Counted from the first letter of the whole stretch, positions 24,059 to 37,134 are shown. The stretch is DNA of 61,024 bases, filler included, from Sphacelaria rigidula (GCA_964200075.2; 7 parts of 7 records of this genome joined end to end with filler, not necessarily neighbours in it), one strand, 5' to 3'. Notes: a model not told the origin generated them from the letters alone. Numbers and translations: made by a program.

Positions 24059-24720
24059 TTACCGCCCGACCGTATTGTTAGATGATCCACCAGACCCGGC
24101 GGCCGCAGCTTGCCTACGCTTCTTCTTGGCATTTTTCTGGATTTTCTCCAACAAAGACAGCTCCCGAGGTTGAGCAGCTCCATGTCCCTTACCCTCTGTA
24201 CTACCCTCGCCCACCCTAAAACCACCAGAAGCAAAAATAACATTGGCCGGGTTGCTGAGGCTACCAGACACACACCCCTTCACTGGTACAGCACCGCCAA
24301 TGCCCAACTCCGCGCTCTCAGCCGCGCCCCGACCCGCGCTTGCACCTCTCCCAGGACCACTCCCTCGCTTCTTCGTGGACGATGACCCAGAGTTTGACCC
24401 GAAGCCCCCAACCCCACGGTTCCCCGCAGGTGTGGGACCGGCCTTGGTGTTCTTTGAGGCGGTTCCCGGAACGTTCGCGGACTTTTTCTTTGATCCTTGG
24501 GCGGAAAACGCATCTTGTGTGGCGGAGCTGAACCCATCCTTCATGCCGCTGCTGCTGCTCCTCCGGTTGCTAATGGTGGTAGCTTTGCTGTGTTTCGGCG
24601 GAACCCTTCGGGGGTTGTTCGGCGTGGATTGTGGTGGAAGCATCGAGGCGTTTCCAAGCGGGATGAAGTTTCCCCGCAGCTTGCCGCCCACCTTACCGGA
24701 TACCTGCGAGGCTCGATCTG
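24059..24720 (-). CDS. Exon of an unknown Gly/Ser/Lys-rich protein with a likely NLS (KKKRR)
   Basis: Acceptor gcgcag| at 24721, ~220 open codons. Ends at TAA 24059 or at donor CG|gtaaca at 24062. Confidence 0.65.
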
Positions 24721-25290
24721 CTGCGCACGCAACACACGAAATCAGAGCAAGGAGTCAAGGTGGGAGGGGAGCAGAGCGGAACGGGGCGAGGGGGGGAACT
24801 CATCCGAATCTCCGGACGCCGGAGCGCAGAACGACGCAAGAGGCCCTTGGGGGCCGCGGGCGTTGATGCGCATCATCCTTGCCTATGGATTACATGGAAA
24901 GGACAAGTAGACACCTCTCAAGGCGGGCAACCCTGCGGTCCTTGGGTGCAGTCAAATCGATCAGTGCAAGAACCTGACACACACACAGAACAAATTGCCA
25001 TGCTTGGGGCAGCATACGTCGTAACCACCATGAGTCATGCGGTCATACAAAATCATCAAGTTCAGCGACGGCCCACACTCCTCGCGGTCGTCTGGGTAAA
25101 TGATTGACCTTCAAAAGGGTACACGCGTTTTTCATGACGTCGTGGTGTGTTGGATAAAACGGAAAGAAACGCGACACCACATTACACCGCGCGGTGCCGA
25201 GTCGCGTTATGGTGCAGACAAACAACAAGAGGACACGACTACTTCACCGAGATAGGAATACAACCTCTCTATATAGCTAATCTCTCGCAC

Positions 25291-25335
25291 TACTACTACT
25301 ACTGCTACTACTACTACTACTACTACTACCACTAC
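25291..25335. repeat. (TAC)n microsatellite
   Basis: Direct reading. Confidence 0.95.
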
Positions 25336-25941
25336 GGTAGAGCGCTACAGTATCAGTGATGGGCCACATGAAGAATCCGCCGCAAGAAAAATCAATCGAA
25401 ATAGAGCTCTTGGCAGGAGCCACAGCACCAGCAAGCTGCGACCCATGCACGCAAAAATCTCAAATGCCATCCACAAAAGCAAGACATGGTACTAGTTACG
25501 TAGTTTGCCATCAAATCACATGCCACCAGACAAAAGCATTTGTGGCGACACCCGAAACTGGTGACGCGGATACGACAGATTCGTGCCCGTGACAAATTCA
25601 TGTCCCTATAGTGCCGGCTTCGGTCCAACTACATTGGGCCACAAACCACTTTCAGGAACCACGAGCAACATACTTGTGCAACGAGTGAATGAAACCTAGC
25701 TGCTTCTAGTAGCAATACGTGTCGTCATCAAGGCCTGTCCTGATGTCAGTGAAGTGCAACACGTGTTTACCAGTTGGTGGGGCAGCGCACCACTCCCGCC
25801 GATGCATTCAGTACCATAGAGACAACGCAAGGAGACGAAAATAACCAACATTTCTTCACGTCCTTTTCTGGTGCTGCAAACGCGTCACAGCGGTTGTCTT
25901 GAATACTGATCAGCGAGTCGATCAAAGTATGCTCCTGTCAC

Positions 25942-26039
25942 CTGATGTCGGCGTAAAAAGTTCCGCTTCGCTTTCCGTTTCACCGGCACTCATCCCCTTC
26001 CTCCGCTTGTTGTGGTGAGCTCGACGCTCCGTCCCTCCG
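25942..26039 (-). CDS. Upstream exon of the same unknown gene (GGTERRAHHNKRRKGMSAGETESEAELFTPTS)
   Basis: cgcag| acceptor and G|gtgaca donor; phase 1 joins the 24720 exon in frame. Confidence 0.55.
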
Positions 26040-26097
26040 CTGCGGGCGACAGCATTGCAAAGAGCACAGGTTGCAAACTGCACAAAAAAAGGGGGGG

Positions 26098-26197
26098 NNN
26101 NNNNNNNNNNNNNNNNNNNNNNNNNNNNNNNNNNNNNNNNNTTAATTAATTAANNNNNNNNNNNNNNNNNNNNNNNNNNNNNNNNNNNNNNNNNNNN
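26098..26197. other. Artificial contig spacer
   Basis: N44-TTAATTAATTAA-N44. Confidence 0.99.
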
Positions 26198-27499
26198 GCA
26201 TTTGGATGACAGCCAACAATGAGTTGCTTTATTATCTGGTATCGCGACTTCCAGAGACAGCCATGGCTAAAGGAGGGAGGGGGGGAAATGGGGGGGGGTT
26301 GAGCTACTCCCTGCACGAAGTAGCCAGTCACTTTGAATTGTAGCTGCAAGTAGAAAAATTAAGTTGATTGCTCTTCGCTTCAACATACCACACGCGTTCA
26401 CACTGCCCGGTAACGGTTGCAGTCACATACAAGCGCATAGCGTGTGTGTGAGGTATAACATACCCATGAAAGCGTTTGTTTCGTGTAATCAAGCACCATC
26501 CCCCCGTGCTGGGATCACTCCTTCATGATTTGTTGTTGAGCGGATTCCGTCTTACTCATCAGTCTGCAGTCTGCTGGTGCCGACTCCCTCTCCGATCTCG
26601 AGCTAAGCGCCTCTCACAACCACGCCTCCGGTCTCTGCACCTCCGGATCCTACTCCTCACTTCTCCTCTTGGCATTCTTCTGGTGTTTTCTCTATCTGGT
26701 CTTGCCGATTTAGCAACAACTCCGTAAGTCTGTCCACCAAACCTGTGGTGACTGTTAGCCACCCATCTTGTACGCTTACTTTCTTTATTTTTTCAAAGCG
26801 ATGCGACTACATGCTGATGTCATGACATCGTGGAGTCTATTCGTCAAGAGGATCACCGGGCCAAGAGTGGAACTCGTGGGCAGCGGAGAGAGCGCGGCCG
26901 AAGGCGGAGAGGGCGGTAGCGGGCACCGATTCTTCTGCTTCGAAACTTTCGCTCGCGCAAGATGGCGGCGGGGAGGCAGGGGGTGGGAGCGGGTAGCGAT
27001 ATCCCACAACTTTGTAGGAGTGGGTGCATTCGCCTCAAGTTTTTTGTTTTCTGTTTTTGTCCCGCCTTCAACCCCTTCTCTTCCTCTGGACGAGTCCGTG
27101 ATTTCAAGGGATCAACATCTCTGCCCCCGTGCACTCTTCACATCATTGTGTCGCGGATTGGATCAGCCCTCCTGCACCGCGTCGACTGCATACAAACTCA
27201 GTCAAACGCACTGTTTTTGCTACCCACACCCTCTCGTTGTCAAGGACGAAAATCGGATACTTTTGAGGAAAAAGCCATACGAGACATATTTGATAGGTCA
27301 TCGAACCCGGGTATTTCCCGACCTAAATGGTGTCAGTTTTACCATTAGACTACCGGGAGCGCGAGCGTACAGGACGATCCCCGGAGATGACGACAGGACA
27401 CACGCGTGGTGGGTGCAGGAGGCAAACCCACCCTCCGAAGTGGTGAGTGTTGCCCCGAGGGGGACGGCAATGAGAGAACGAACCATATAAGCAGGGGAT

Positions 27500-28420
27500 C
27501 AAGACGGCATGTTCAGGAGATGATATCACTTGCAGCTGGTCCAGCATTTGCGCACCGGTCCTATATGGCATTCGAGGAGGAGCTCGAGTAGTGGCTGTCC
27601 GTGCAGACACTCCGTGTCTTGCTGTACGGCGCCAGCGACGATCTCGACGACAATGCCACCGTGAACAGCGCCATAACCCCAGGAAAATCTGAGTTTGGGT
27701 ATCGTTTCCCGAATGGTTAGCACATCGGGCATGTAGATGGTGCCCTTGTACGGGGGTGGAGTGTGAAGCATGCTAAAGGTATACAAGTGTAGCGTCGCCT
27801 TTTGCGTGCAGGGTTGGCTGGGCACAGAGCTGCAGGCACACATTCGAGAAAAGCAAGATCAAGGGAGCCAAGTCCCATCACGGTGAGGAATTGATCTTCT
27901 CGGGAAATGGATCTGAAGGATTTACCCTTGACAAGCGTCAAGGCAAGGATTATAACACGTGCTTTTGGACAGCGCCATACAGTTGATTGCCCCGAGTCTT
28001 TCGCAGCTACCCATCCTTGACTATCCATTGGTGACAGCTACATTACATGTACCGTCGTCGAGGGGTAGGTCGTTATACCATGACGACGCGGTGCAAGCAT
28101 CCCTTAGTTAGAGAGATATCGACATCGACGTGTACATTAAGCTTTCGTCTGAGTGCGATATATTGACTGACAAGCCGGACAAAGCTTGGGAATGCGATTT
28201 TACGGAGTAAAGCAAGCCGTTGGTCAGTGGCCAAATCTTCGTGGTACAGAAGCGAGCAGTATTCCGTGAAGCATTGCAGTGTTAATCTGTGCGTGTTGAG
28301 GGGGAAAGGATTATAGTGAAGTGGTGGAATCGGTCGATTGATCCATGTGGCCATACATGGAAAATATCCGGACTGGAGGAGAGATGTGGTAGTCAATCAA
28401 CTTGATCATATTTTCAGGAG
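27500..28420 (+). pseudogene. Heavily decayed copia pre-RT/RT fragment related to the contig-3 element
   Basis: EFGYRFPNG*HIGHVD ~ SFGLRSPVGLHVRDV; RAGLAGHRAAGTF ~ RAELNGHETAGTF; VKARIITRAFGQRHTVDCPESFAAT ~ AKARLVARGFGQRFAVDYFETFAAT; FYGVKQAVGQW ~ LYGVKQAGRQW. Confidence 0.85.
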
Positions 28421-30253
28421 GACTTCTCCTTGAAAATAATTTTGTCGTGAGCAGTGGTTCAATTACTGGATAAGGTTCTCTCAACCATACCAAGGCTGTT
28501 GCAGTAGCTCGGCACATCAATTCATCTGCCAGCTCGTCCAATGAATTGTCTTTCATCATGGTCAACCGTAGCGGTCCACCAGCCAGCAGCGATATGTGTG
28601 TGGTGGACTACTTTTTCAAGTCGCTGTTGCTGCTGACCCGCGAGCGAAATTGACCCCGTGATGACCAGACAAACGTGTCACAGCCGTCCTGTCGCAAGAA
28701 ACTCGGAACCGACGCGAGGAACTTTCAAAATCAACGATTTTCGTATGCTCGACGGTTGTCATTGGGTCCGGCACCAGCAGCGAAAAAGCGATGTGTGAGA
28801 TTTGGGCGTTGACGACCAACGCATGCTGGACCCAAGAAAGTTGCACCGCCCCCCGAACGGTGCTCGCTAGTCCTTGCAGTAGCTCTCACTCAACCACGTG
28901 TGATGTGCTTGGTTTGTCTTTCACCGAGGCGTGAGGTTTCAATGGCTGCTTTCGCACGATTGCACGCCACATCGTACCAAAACCGCACAGTTTGGGATGG
29001 GAAGGGTACCCGTGCGCGTTCTGTTGCGATTGTCCGGAAGCGATGCTGCATGCCTCGAGATGCTGACCACACGTTCGAATCTCTGAACGTTCTGATGCGC
29101 GCTGACGACAACCACACAAACTTTTCACGCTGAGTTTTATATACAAGAGGTCAGGCCGCCTCCGACAGTTCGAAGAAAATATCTCGAAAAAATGTATTTT
29201 GGCCCTTGCGCGTCAATGTTCGCGCGAGAGGAAGGCGGGGTGGATTCTGACACCTCGGAATGGCTTGCTCCATTTTTTCAGTGTCCGGGGGTACCTTTAC
29301 GTTTTCTGGTAGCCGCAGTCAACTCTTTAGCCAGAGTAGCCGTCTCGTGGACACATGGTCGAGGTTCAGAAAAACGTTTTTTTTGTGTGTTCCGGAGCAT
29401 TTGGCGTTTTTTGTGATTGGCACGAAACAACCCAAATCCGCTTCAAGGCCAAATTGCGTGCAACCAGAAAACGCAAAAGAGTGTCGGAATCCTCTCTGAG
29501 AGTACAGCAAGTCATCCCGAGGAGGGGAAGCCCGCGTAGCCCTATTCTCAGCCGAAACGCGTCGCGGAAGTGTGAAAACAGCCCACCTCCGATACATTGT
29601 ATTCTCGACTGTAGAAGCAGGCTGATATTTCGATGATGGACCGGGATTGAGATCTTTCTTGGCTTCGGAAAAGTCAAAAGCAGTTCAGGGTGTCCACGAA
29701 GGTCCGTTTTTTAACACAAAACAGGACTCATTACATTTTGTACCACTACTCGCGTGTGTACTCAGGGGGCTGAAGCCCGTCATACGTTTTCATCAACATA
29801 CAGCGGGCGTGCAAGTGTTTTCATCCAAGAACTGGAGTTTTGAGGATACAAAAACACCCGAAAGTTGTGGTAATATAAGTTCGCACTGTACAAACACACA
29901 AGGGAATTATGGGAAGATTATGTTGCCACTTTGCTGGGCTGGGGCAGAACAACGCAAGAGGCACCCATACAAACAATGCAGGGCACTCATGCGACACTCC
30001 CGTACTATTTTGCGCTAAGCCGCATGGCAGCGGTGGTCATGGGATGGGCACAGCGCAGGCCGATCGCGAGACGCCGCGCAATCAGGGTATCAACAGCCCA
30101 TGCGCAGCCGAAATTGAGAACCTCGCAGCCCTCAGCAAGGTTGCATGCTGTGGCTCAAGCTGAGAGAGGAGGAGACCAACCCCAGGCAGCGTGCGCACTA
30201 TGACTCTTTCGCAGCCCTCATGGTCATGATATGTGCAGAGATGTTGGCATCAT

Positions 30254-30650
30254 CATCAGGCAGATGGAGCACGAGCCCCTCCCTGATGATGAGGTAGCAC
30301 GGTCTGTCGTTCATGATTATTCATCTGGAGATGCAAGATCCAGGAATAACAAGCGGTGCGCTCGTCGTGCCCTTTCTGTAGTTGACTTTTATATGACATG
30401 GTACAATGCACATAAGATACTTCTGACGTTTCACATTGATTCTGCAGGATCATCGGGCAGATGGAGCACGAGCCCCTCCCAGATAATGAGGCACACTCTC
30501 TGTCGTTCGTGATTATCCACTTAGAAATGCAAGGTCCAGGAACAACAAGTGGTCCGCTCGTCGCGCCTTTTCTTTAGTTGGTTCTTAAATGACACGGTAC
30601 CCTGCACAGGAGACACGTCTGGCGTTTTACATCGACACTGAAGAATCGTA
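30254..30650. repeat. Tandem duplication of a ~197-bp unit
   Basis: CATC.GGCAGATGGAGCACGAGCCCCTCCC at 30254 and 30451. Confidence 0.9.
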
Positions 30651-33183
30651 CAGGCAGCACAACACGATATTGATGGTACAGTACACTACAATGCACTACA
30701 CGACAGAATCGTGTGTTCATGCATCACCACCTTGGGGCTTGAGAGTGAACGCACAGGCTTTAGGAGACGGTTTCCTTACAACGGACCGAGATGGTGCCGT
30801 GTTATTAAGAGCCTGCGGCGGCCAGTACGCTACATGCTAAAATGCATGCAGCATACAAGAGGATAGCACCCCCTGTAATTTGCTCATTTAAAGGGTCACC
30901 GCCCGCATGGGTTCCAGCGATACCTGTACTCTTTGGGCAACTTCTAGTGAAAGCATGTACGCAATTCTCATGTAGATGTGGGTGGGCTATAAAAGCCATT
31001 GGGATGTATGCGAACCGCCCATTTTGAACCCAAAAAACGGCGTCCCCGGTAGCCCTTGCCACTACGCACATGATGCATTAATGGGATTGCGGCCTGTTTT
31101 CCGTTTTTTGTAGTGATAACAACGGACTTGCTTTGACCAAGAGCTATGTTCTGAGGGTCTACACACACGCGCGAAAGTGTCGGCAAGTTTCAGTCGGTAA
31201 TCACAGCATAACCCCATCAGTTTCACTTATGGATTTTTGCGCAAAGGATCAAAGGATAGCAAAACTCTTGGATCTTCGACTCATCAACACTCTTGCTAGG
31301 CAACTTGATTTCACACCGAGCCGCCAGAACCCGCCGATACCATCTTACAAAGTGGTTACACGTCAAAACAGGTCGTCCCCTGCGCTGTGTACCATAACGC
31401 CAGACCGCATCTGCTTTGCTGACTCCAGCCGCTACGAAGCCACCACGGCATGCAGTAGCCCGTGGTGGAGGCTTTTGAGCATGCGAGCGCGCCGTACCTT
31501 GTTTGGGTCTTTCTGGTGCTCTGATGATGGAGAATCGTGTTCGTGTTGACTATAGGTAAAAGTAACACATCCCCGAATAATTTCCCAGCACACGCGAATT
31601 GCTGCTTGTTCCCTCAATGCTGGACTACTTCCCGTCGAACAAAGCACACCGCACCCCGCTGAAAAGCGGCAATTCGCCCATAGGTTGCATGCCCTGCACG
31701 CCATGACTCTCCACGTAAGTTGGTGTCTTAGCGTCGATCAAGGAGAGGCAAGAAGAGTTCTTCGAAAATTTAGTTCACGTTCGAAAAAACCGCTCCGTTC
31801 GGGCGGCCGGTGGCGGTGTGTTCTCTCGCACAGGGATGGTTTTTCCTCTTCCAGAACGGCGATGTGATGTCAAAAGGACCGGGGCGACCGGCTCTGACTG
31901 TTACAAAATTGACTGCAGATTTCACAATAGAAGTGATCACCAGGGCTTGTTACGTAACTGCGGGGCGGGACGGGACGGAAATTGCCGTGGGAAAGAAGAC
32001 CACGGGGCGGGTCGGAAACGATTTCCCGTCAGGGAAAACATGAAGTGACGGGCCGGGAATTGTGGGGACTGACGGGATGGGAACATGTGTGTAACGCCCC
32101 CCAAACAATGGCATTGAGGGCATGGTTTTGTTCATGAATAAGCAATCACTGGTATTGAGGTACAATACCGGTGAGTTGGATCGACTCATAGCTGCCACGG
32201 GGAATGATCCCGTCCCCTGCCATGGATTCCGAAGTCTCGTCACAAGCCCTGGTCACGATAACTGTGCTCCTTCATCCTTCTACGTGAAGTGTAAGTCAAC
32301 AGGCCATGTAAGGGACCGGGGTCTGACATAATTCATAAAAACGTTTCCACATCCCTCATAGTTGAGGAAATACTCAAGTTCCCATCAGATTGCACTGAGA
32401 TTATCGTCTCGTTGACCCTATAGCAATCCCAAACAAATCTAGTGTCCAGAGTGCTGCTCAAAGACATCCTCCATGGGGTCTGCACCATGGAGACGGAGCA
32501 ACGTGAGATGAGGAAAAATCCAAGAGAGGAAGAAAGAAGATAGGACGAGTCTATGGCAAGGAGGAGGGAACCAAGGAAATATATTCTCCCTTGGGTTCTA
32601 GTCAAACTGCATTACCATGGAAACACAACATGCAAGGTTTGACAAACCTATGCATGACATGGCGCTATCGCATGAACACATGATTTGTGGAGTGTCCTAT
32701 ATTCAACTTTGAAAACATGGGATACCATCTCGACATAGCAGCAGAAAAGTGATATGCCGCTCGCAAAGAAATACGCTGTGTTGCTCTGCTTCTCTTTCCG
32801 AGGTCGTCCTTGGCTGCGCGGTCGGCCTCCTGACGCTACCATCCATCCTCGCTAGTGTCCATGGTTACCACATTTCGCTGTTAGTACACCGTGTATAAGC
32901 GACAATGCGTAGCAAGGTAGTTATAAAGGTTGTAGGCCTGGACTTTCTCAGCTTCCAGTGGGTTTCCTGTAGTTCGATCGGTATTTCACGGATTTTTCGC
33001 AGTGTAGGTGCCTTTTTGGTGTAGAAGTCTTGCTTCTAGCGTTCCTCTGTTGGGTTTTGGGTTCAAGGGTATGGAAGGTGTGCTCCTTGCACTCTGTGAC
33101 CACCGGTTCGAGAGATCGAACCAGTTTGACGCAGGTAATTAGAACAAAGAACATCATAGTAGAGCCGTGCACGGGAACCGCAG

Positions 33184-33590
33184 GTAGGGTATCGTACCGA
33201 GCTTACCCCCGATATTTACCGGGATTTCCCATGCCGTGGCATGCGTGGGTATCGTAGGTATGAGTCTTGAAAATCTCTGAGTGAGCGGGTACGGTAGGTA
33301 TTAAAAAATTTTAAATACCGTGGTATCGCAGGTATTGTTAAGTATGACTTTTCAAACTACCTGATTGAGCGGGTACGGTAGGTATTGAAATCTCGAAATA
33401 CCGTGGTATCGTAAGTATCGTAAGTGTGACATGTGAAAGTACCCGATTGGGCAGGTACGGTAGATACTGGTATCTCGAAATACCGTGGTATCGTAGGTAT
33501 CTTATGGATGACACTTGAAAATACCCGACTGGGTCGATATCGGTAGGCTATAAGATATCCCAAAATACCATTATCGGGTACCTGCCTTAC
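33184..33590. repeat. Degenerate ~70-75 bp tandem array (ATACCGTGGTAT / GAGCGGGTACGGTAGGTATTGAAATCTCGAA)
   Basis: Repeated motifs; same family as 34040-34322. Confidence 0.9.
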
Positions 33591-34039
33591 CCTCTATGTC
33601 GATTTCAAAACTGTCATGCGGCAGTGCACAGAAGCGTTTCAGATCCTTGTGCGTGGGCAGTCATCTGAACTTTTGTTTGCCTCCTACGGTCCCTCACTTT
33701 ATTTGTTCCTTTTCCTCCTTTTCGGTTTTTTTTCCCCTCTGCTTGTTTGCACGTGAAATATTATTGTGTATGATGCTCATCTTCAATGGATGATAAAACA
33801 ATATATAGCACCGCAACGATTATGTAATATTTTTATCCATTTACCAAGAACTCAAGATTGCATAATATGTTAATTCGCATCGATCCAAACACGAGAATCA
33901 GGGGGAATCTGGGTATTTATTACTTGTGAAAACAAGACGTACCTGCTCAGACAACTTTTGGCCCTTGCGTGAGTTGGGACCAGCTGCTGCACCGTGGGGA
34001 GTGCATCGCGTCCAGCATATACCGGGTATACTCCCAGTG

Positions 34040-34322
34040 TTCATCGGGGTATCTCATACCGTGGTATGCATGGGTATCGTTGGTATGAGTTTCGAAAAAA
34101 TCCGATTGAGCGGGTACGGTAGGTATTGAAATCTCGAAATACCATGGTATGTATGGGTTTCGCAGGTATGAGCTTTGAAAAAACCCGATTGAGCGGGTAC
34201 GGTAGATATTGAAATGTCGAAATACCGTGGTATGTATGGGTATCGAAGGTATGAGTTTTGAAAATACCTGATTGAGCGGGTACGGTAGGTATTGAAATCT
34301 CGAAATACCGTGGTATCGTAGG
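34040..34322. repeat. Second, more homogeneous array of the same unit (~4 copies)
   Basis: GATTGAGCGGGTACGGTAG.TATTGAAAT.TCGAAATACC.TGGTAT repeated. Confidence 0.92.
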
Positions 34323-34508
34323 AATAGATCGCTCTGCTTCGCATCGCGCTTCCAATTTTCTTATCCTTTCTAACATCGGAATGTGATGGAAAAGGGACAG
34401 AAGAGACAAACGCCTTCAATGAAGAGCGATGGGACTCGCCTTCTTTGGTGGCATCTGAGCCGCCGGCGTGAAGGAGAGAGTGCTATTGTAGAGCTGGTAG
34501 GGCCTTTT

Positions 34509-34618
34509 TTTACCCTTAGACCGCGAAGCGGGTAGTCCATCTGTATCACGCATTCTTTTTTCAAGTGAAAATGGATGCCGATTCAGCACGTCACCCCCCG
34601 TCGCGGTCCAGGGGTTAA
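34509..34618. mobile_element. piggyBac-like MITE (best preserved copy)
   Basis: TTTA-CCCTTAGACCGCGA...TCGCGGTCCAGGGG-TTAA; TIRs match at 12/14. Confidence 0.65.
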
Positions 34619-34829
34619 CGAAGGGGATTCCCCTTTTTCACAATCCACTTTGACAGGGGATTGGCCCCATGACGACCAGTCCCCAGTCCTATCGACAAGC
34701 AGTCTTGTACAGATTCGAACCCAGATTTACACGCAGGTTGAGAAATGCGGAGGGTCTGGAAGTGGTCGTTAGGCCACGCAGGTCCAAGGTCTGTGTAATG
34801 CTGCAGACAAGACACAACAAAGCAACACA

Positions 34830-34929
34830 NNNNNNNNNNNNNNNNNNNNNNNNNNNNNNNNNNNNNNNNNNNNTTAATTAATTAANNNNNNNNNNNNNNN
34901 NNNNNNNNNNNNNNNNNNNNNNNNNNNNN
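34830..34929. other. Artificial contig spacer
   Basis: N44-TTAATTAATTAA-N44. Confidence 0.99.
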
Positions 34930-35368
34930 ACTGCTGTACAATACCTGTATTCCCGCAGTGGCGCAAATGCCGCCAGCGGTGCCTTTTGTTCGCGAAAGCG
35001 TGGCGCACGTAATAGACCCCACCACCCGCTGTCATCCCCAACAGGTTGGCGCTGAGGACGTTCTTTTTTCAAAAGATTTCCGTTCAAAAACGCGTTCTTT
35101 GGATGGGTCTTCATTAGCATGATGCCATTGAGAAGGTGTGTCCTGATACTCGTGCACCCAAATCTCCCGGTTTGCATCATGGTTGAAATATGTTTGCCAC
35201 CAAATTTCTTCTTGATGCATGATTCCACCTCTTTCCAGGTCTATCCTGCCTAATCTGTGGCTGCTCGGGGCAGTGGTGGGGTCTATTACGTGCGCCACGC
35301 TTTCGCGAACAAAAGGCACCGCTGGCGGCATTTGCGCCACTGCGGGAATACAGGTATTGTACAGCAGT
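34930..35368. repeat. Perfect 96-bp inverted repeat (34930-35025 / 35273-35368) around a 247-bp spacer
   Basis: Base-by-base reverse-complement identity. Confidence 0.95.
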
Positions 35369-35848
35369 ATTGTACAGTACGTGTCAGCACTTGAGAATCT
35401 GGCAGTTGAGAATTTGAGGCTGAGATTTTGAGATTTTCGACATTTTAAGAATTGACGGGTGAGCATTTGTGCTGAAGTGACTGAGTGATTGTCGTAGTTT
35501 AACTGAGCCCCCAGGGGTCCAGCCGTGATCTCATGATGGACGTACTCAAGAAAAAAAAAAGGAACAGAAAATAATAAAAAAATCGAACAGAACGATATAG
35601 TAGACGAAGACGTGAAAAAAAAAATTATATATATATATATAATAATATTCGATAAGGAAATAAGAACTGTAGTAATTTGTGCTGAAATTGGAAAGAAAGT
35701 AAGACGCGAGCCTCAGCCAAAACAGGAGTTTCGTAAGTGCTGACGCGCACTGTAGGGCAAATGTGACGGGAGCAAACGTGGGTCCCGAACGGTGACGGAG
35801 GATTGCACCCCAACCCCCATCATTGATCATTTTTCATGTTCAATTCAC

Positions 35849-36121
35849 CCCAGAAATCAGACGCTCTGTCCGTAGCAAGATCTTGCGTCCGTCCTTCGAG
35901 AGATATCGGTGGCTCGTGTTGTGGTGTTGCGGCTGCACTCTCTTTGAGACGGTCGAGATTCAAACTTGTGACCGGGGGTGGTATGCTTCGTGACCTAAAT
36001 GATGGCGTGGTCATCGGTAGCCCTGGAGAATGCCTAGCATGGTATTCATTGGTAGAGATCGCGGGACGGGAAACAAGAGACAGCGGAGAATGTACGAATG
36101 TGTCTGCAGGTGGTAGTAGTT
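35849..36121 (-). CDS. Putative exon of an unknown protein (LLPPADTF...SLNLDRLKESAAA...DRASDFW)
   Basis: ttctctgcatttcag| acceptor and G|gtgaat donor; open frame, symmetric phase. The frame stays open up to ~36230. Confidence 0.45.
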
Positions 36122-37134
36122 CTGAAATGCAGAGAACTAAGTCACTTTTTCGTCCAGAACGCGTTTTCGTCGAAATGGCGCGTGCGGCGTCGATTTCAAG
36201 TCTGCCAACGCACTCTTTGCCGAGGGGAACCTATGTACCCCCCTTGCCCCAGGGTCTCGCACGCCTTGGGTAGGGGTTAGGGTTAGGATCAGCGTTATTC
36301 TTAGATTGTTCAAAAGAATCAACCATAGATAGACGAACAAAACTCTAGGTCGCCTCTTTATTTTGCCCCTGCGATACTCCGCACGAAATTTCAAAGCACA
36401 AGCCTCAAAATTGAAACGATAATGAGTTTAGTGAATCTCCTCGTAATATCTTGAATTGTGATTGGAATCTTATGCGCGCCATATCTCACGATAGATAGCG
36501 AATCAGGTGGTGGTGGGAGTATCGAGCGTTTCCCTGTGGCCCAGGGAATGTTTACACCAAAAGTCATCATCCGCTGTACATATATTCCGGGGTTTCGTAC
36601 CGACTTTAACTCTAGTATCGAGAGATCTTGCTACGTGACGGGATTTATTCGACATGGCGTTTTTTCAGCTATAATAGAAAGAATGTGACCGGACTTTTGA
36701 GTATATGGACATCGGCAACTCGATTATATCAGATGATTTCACGCCTTGGGCAATATATGGTCAATAGTTGCAATATACAAGAAACGCACTGCATGAAGTA
36801 TGGGCCTATTGCGACTATTGTCGGCCGGCGATAGTTACAAAAGGCCTATACTTTATGCAGTACACTTCTCGTCTATTGCATCTGTTGACCACATATTGTC
36901 CAGGGTGTGGATGATTTATAAGAAGTGCGGATCACGGCTTATTTCGTCTGCGTCGATGATATACTGCTGTGATAGCTCAATTCTGTTTTCTAGGCTGGCC
37001 CAACTCGTAGTGCTGATTCCCGTGTGTGATTGGACATTTTTTTTTTCCCGTGGGTTTGTCGCAACATTAACTGCTCCGCTACCAATTTTATCCAATGACC
37101 AGATGGTCGCGAGATAGGCGTACTGGAGGCAAAT

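Noticed and set aside
26270..26720. Possible PPT plus LTR (26297-26460) and solo LTR (TGTTG...CAACA, 26531-26718)
   Set aside because: Termini are imperfect, with no TSD and no second copy in the window.
26768..27490. 240-aa plus-strand ORF as a gene
   Set aside because: No domain, mixed composition, and adjacent to a decayed copia; probably chance or TE remnant.
30800..31700. Plavaka-like transposase relic on the minus strand
   Set aside because: Only a vague resemblance; no diagnostic motifs recoverable by eye.
36268..36290. Telomere-like TTAGGG repeats (also CCCCAA at ~37897-37915)
   Set aside because: Only 2-3 imperfect internal units.
36916..37010. DIRS-type RNase H motif (…DADEISR)
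   Set aside because: Too short and better explained as a dispersed repeat also found at ~39000.
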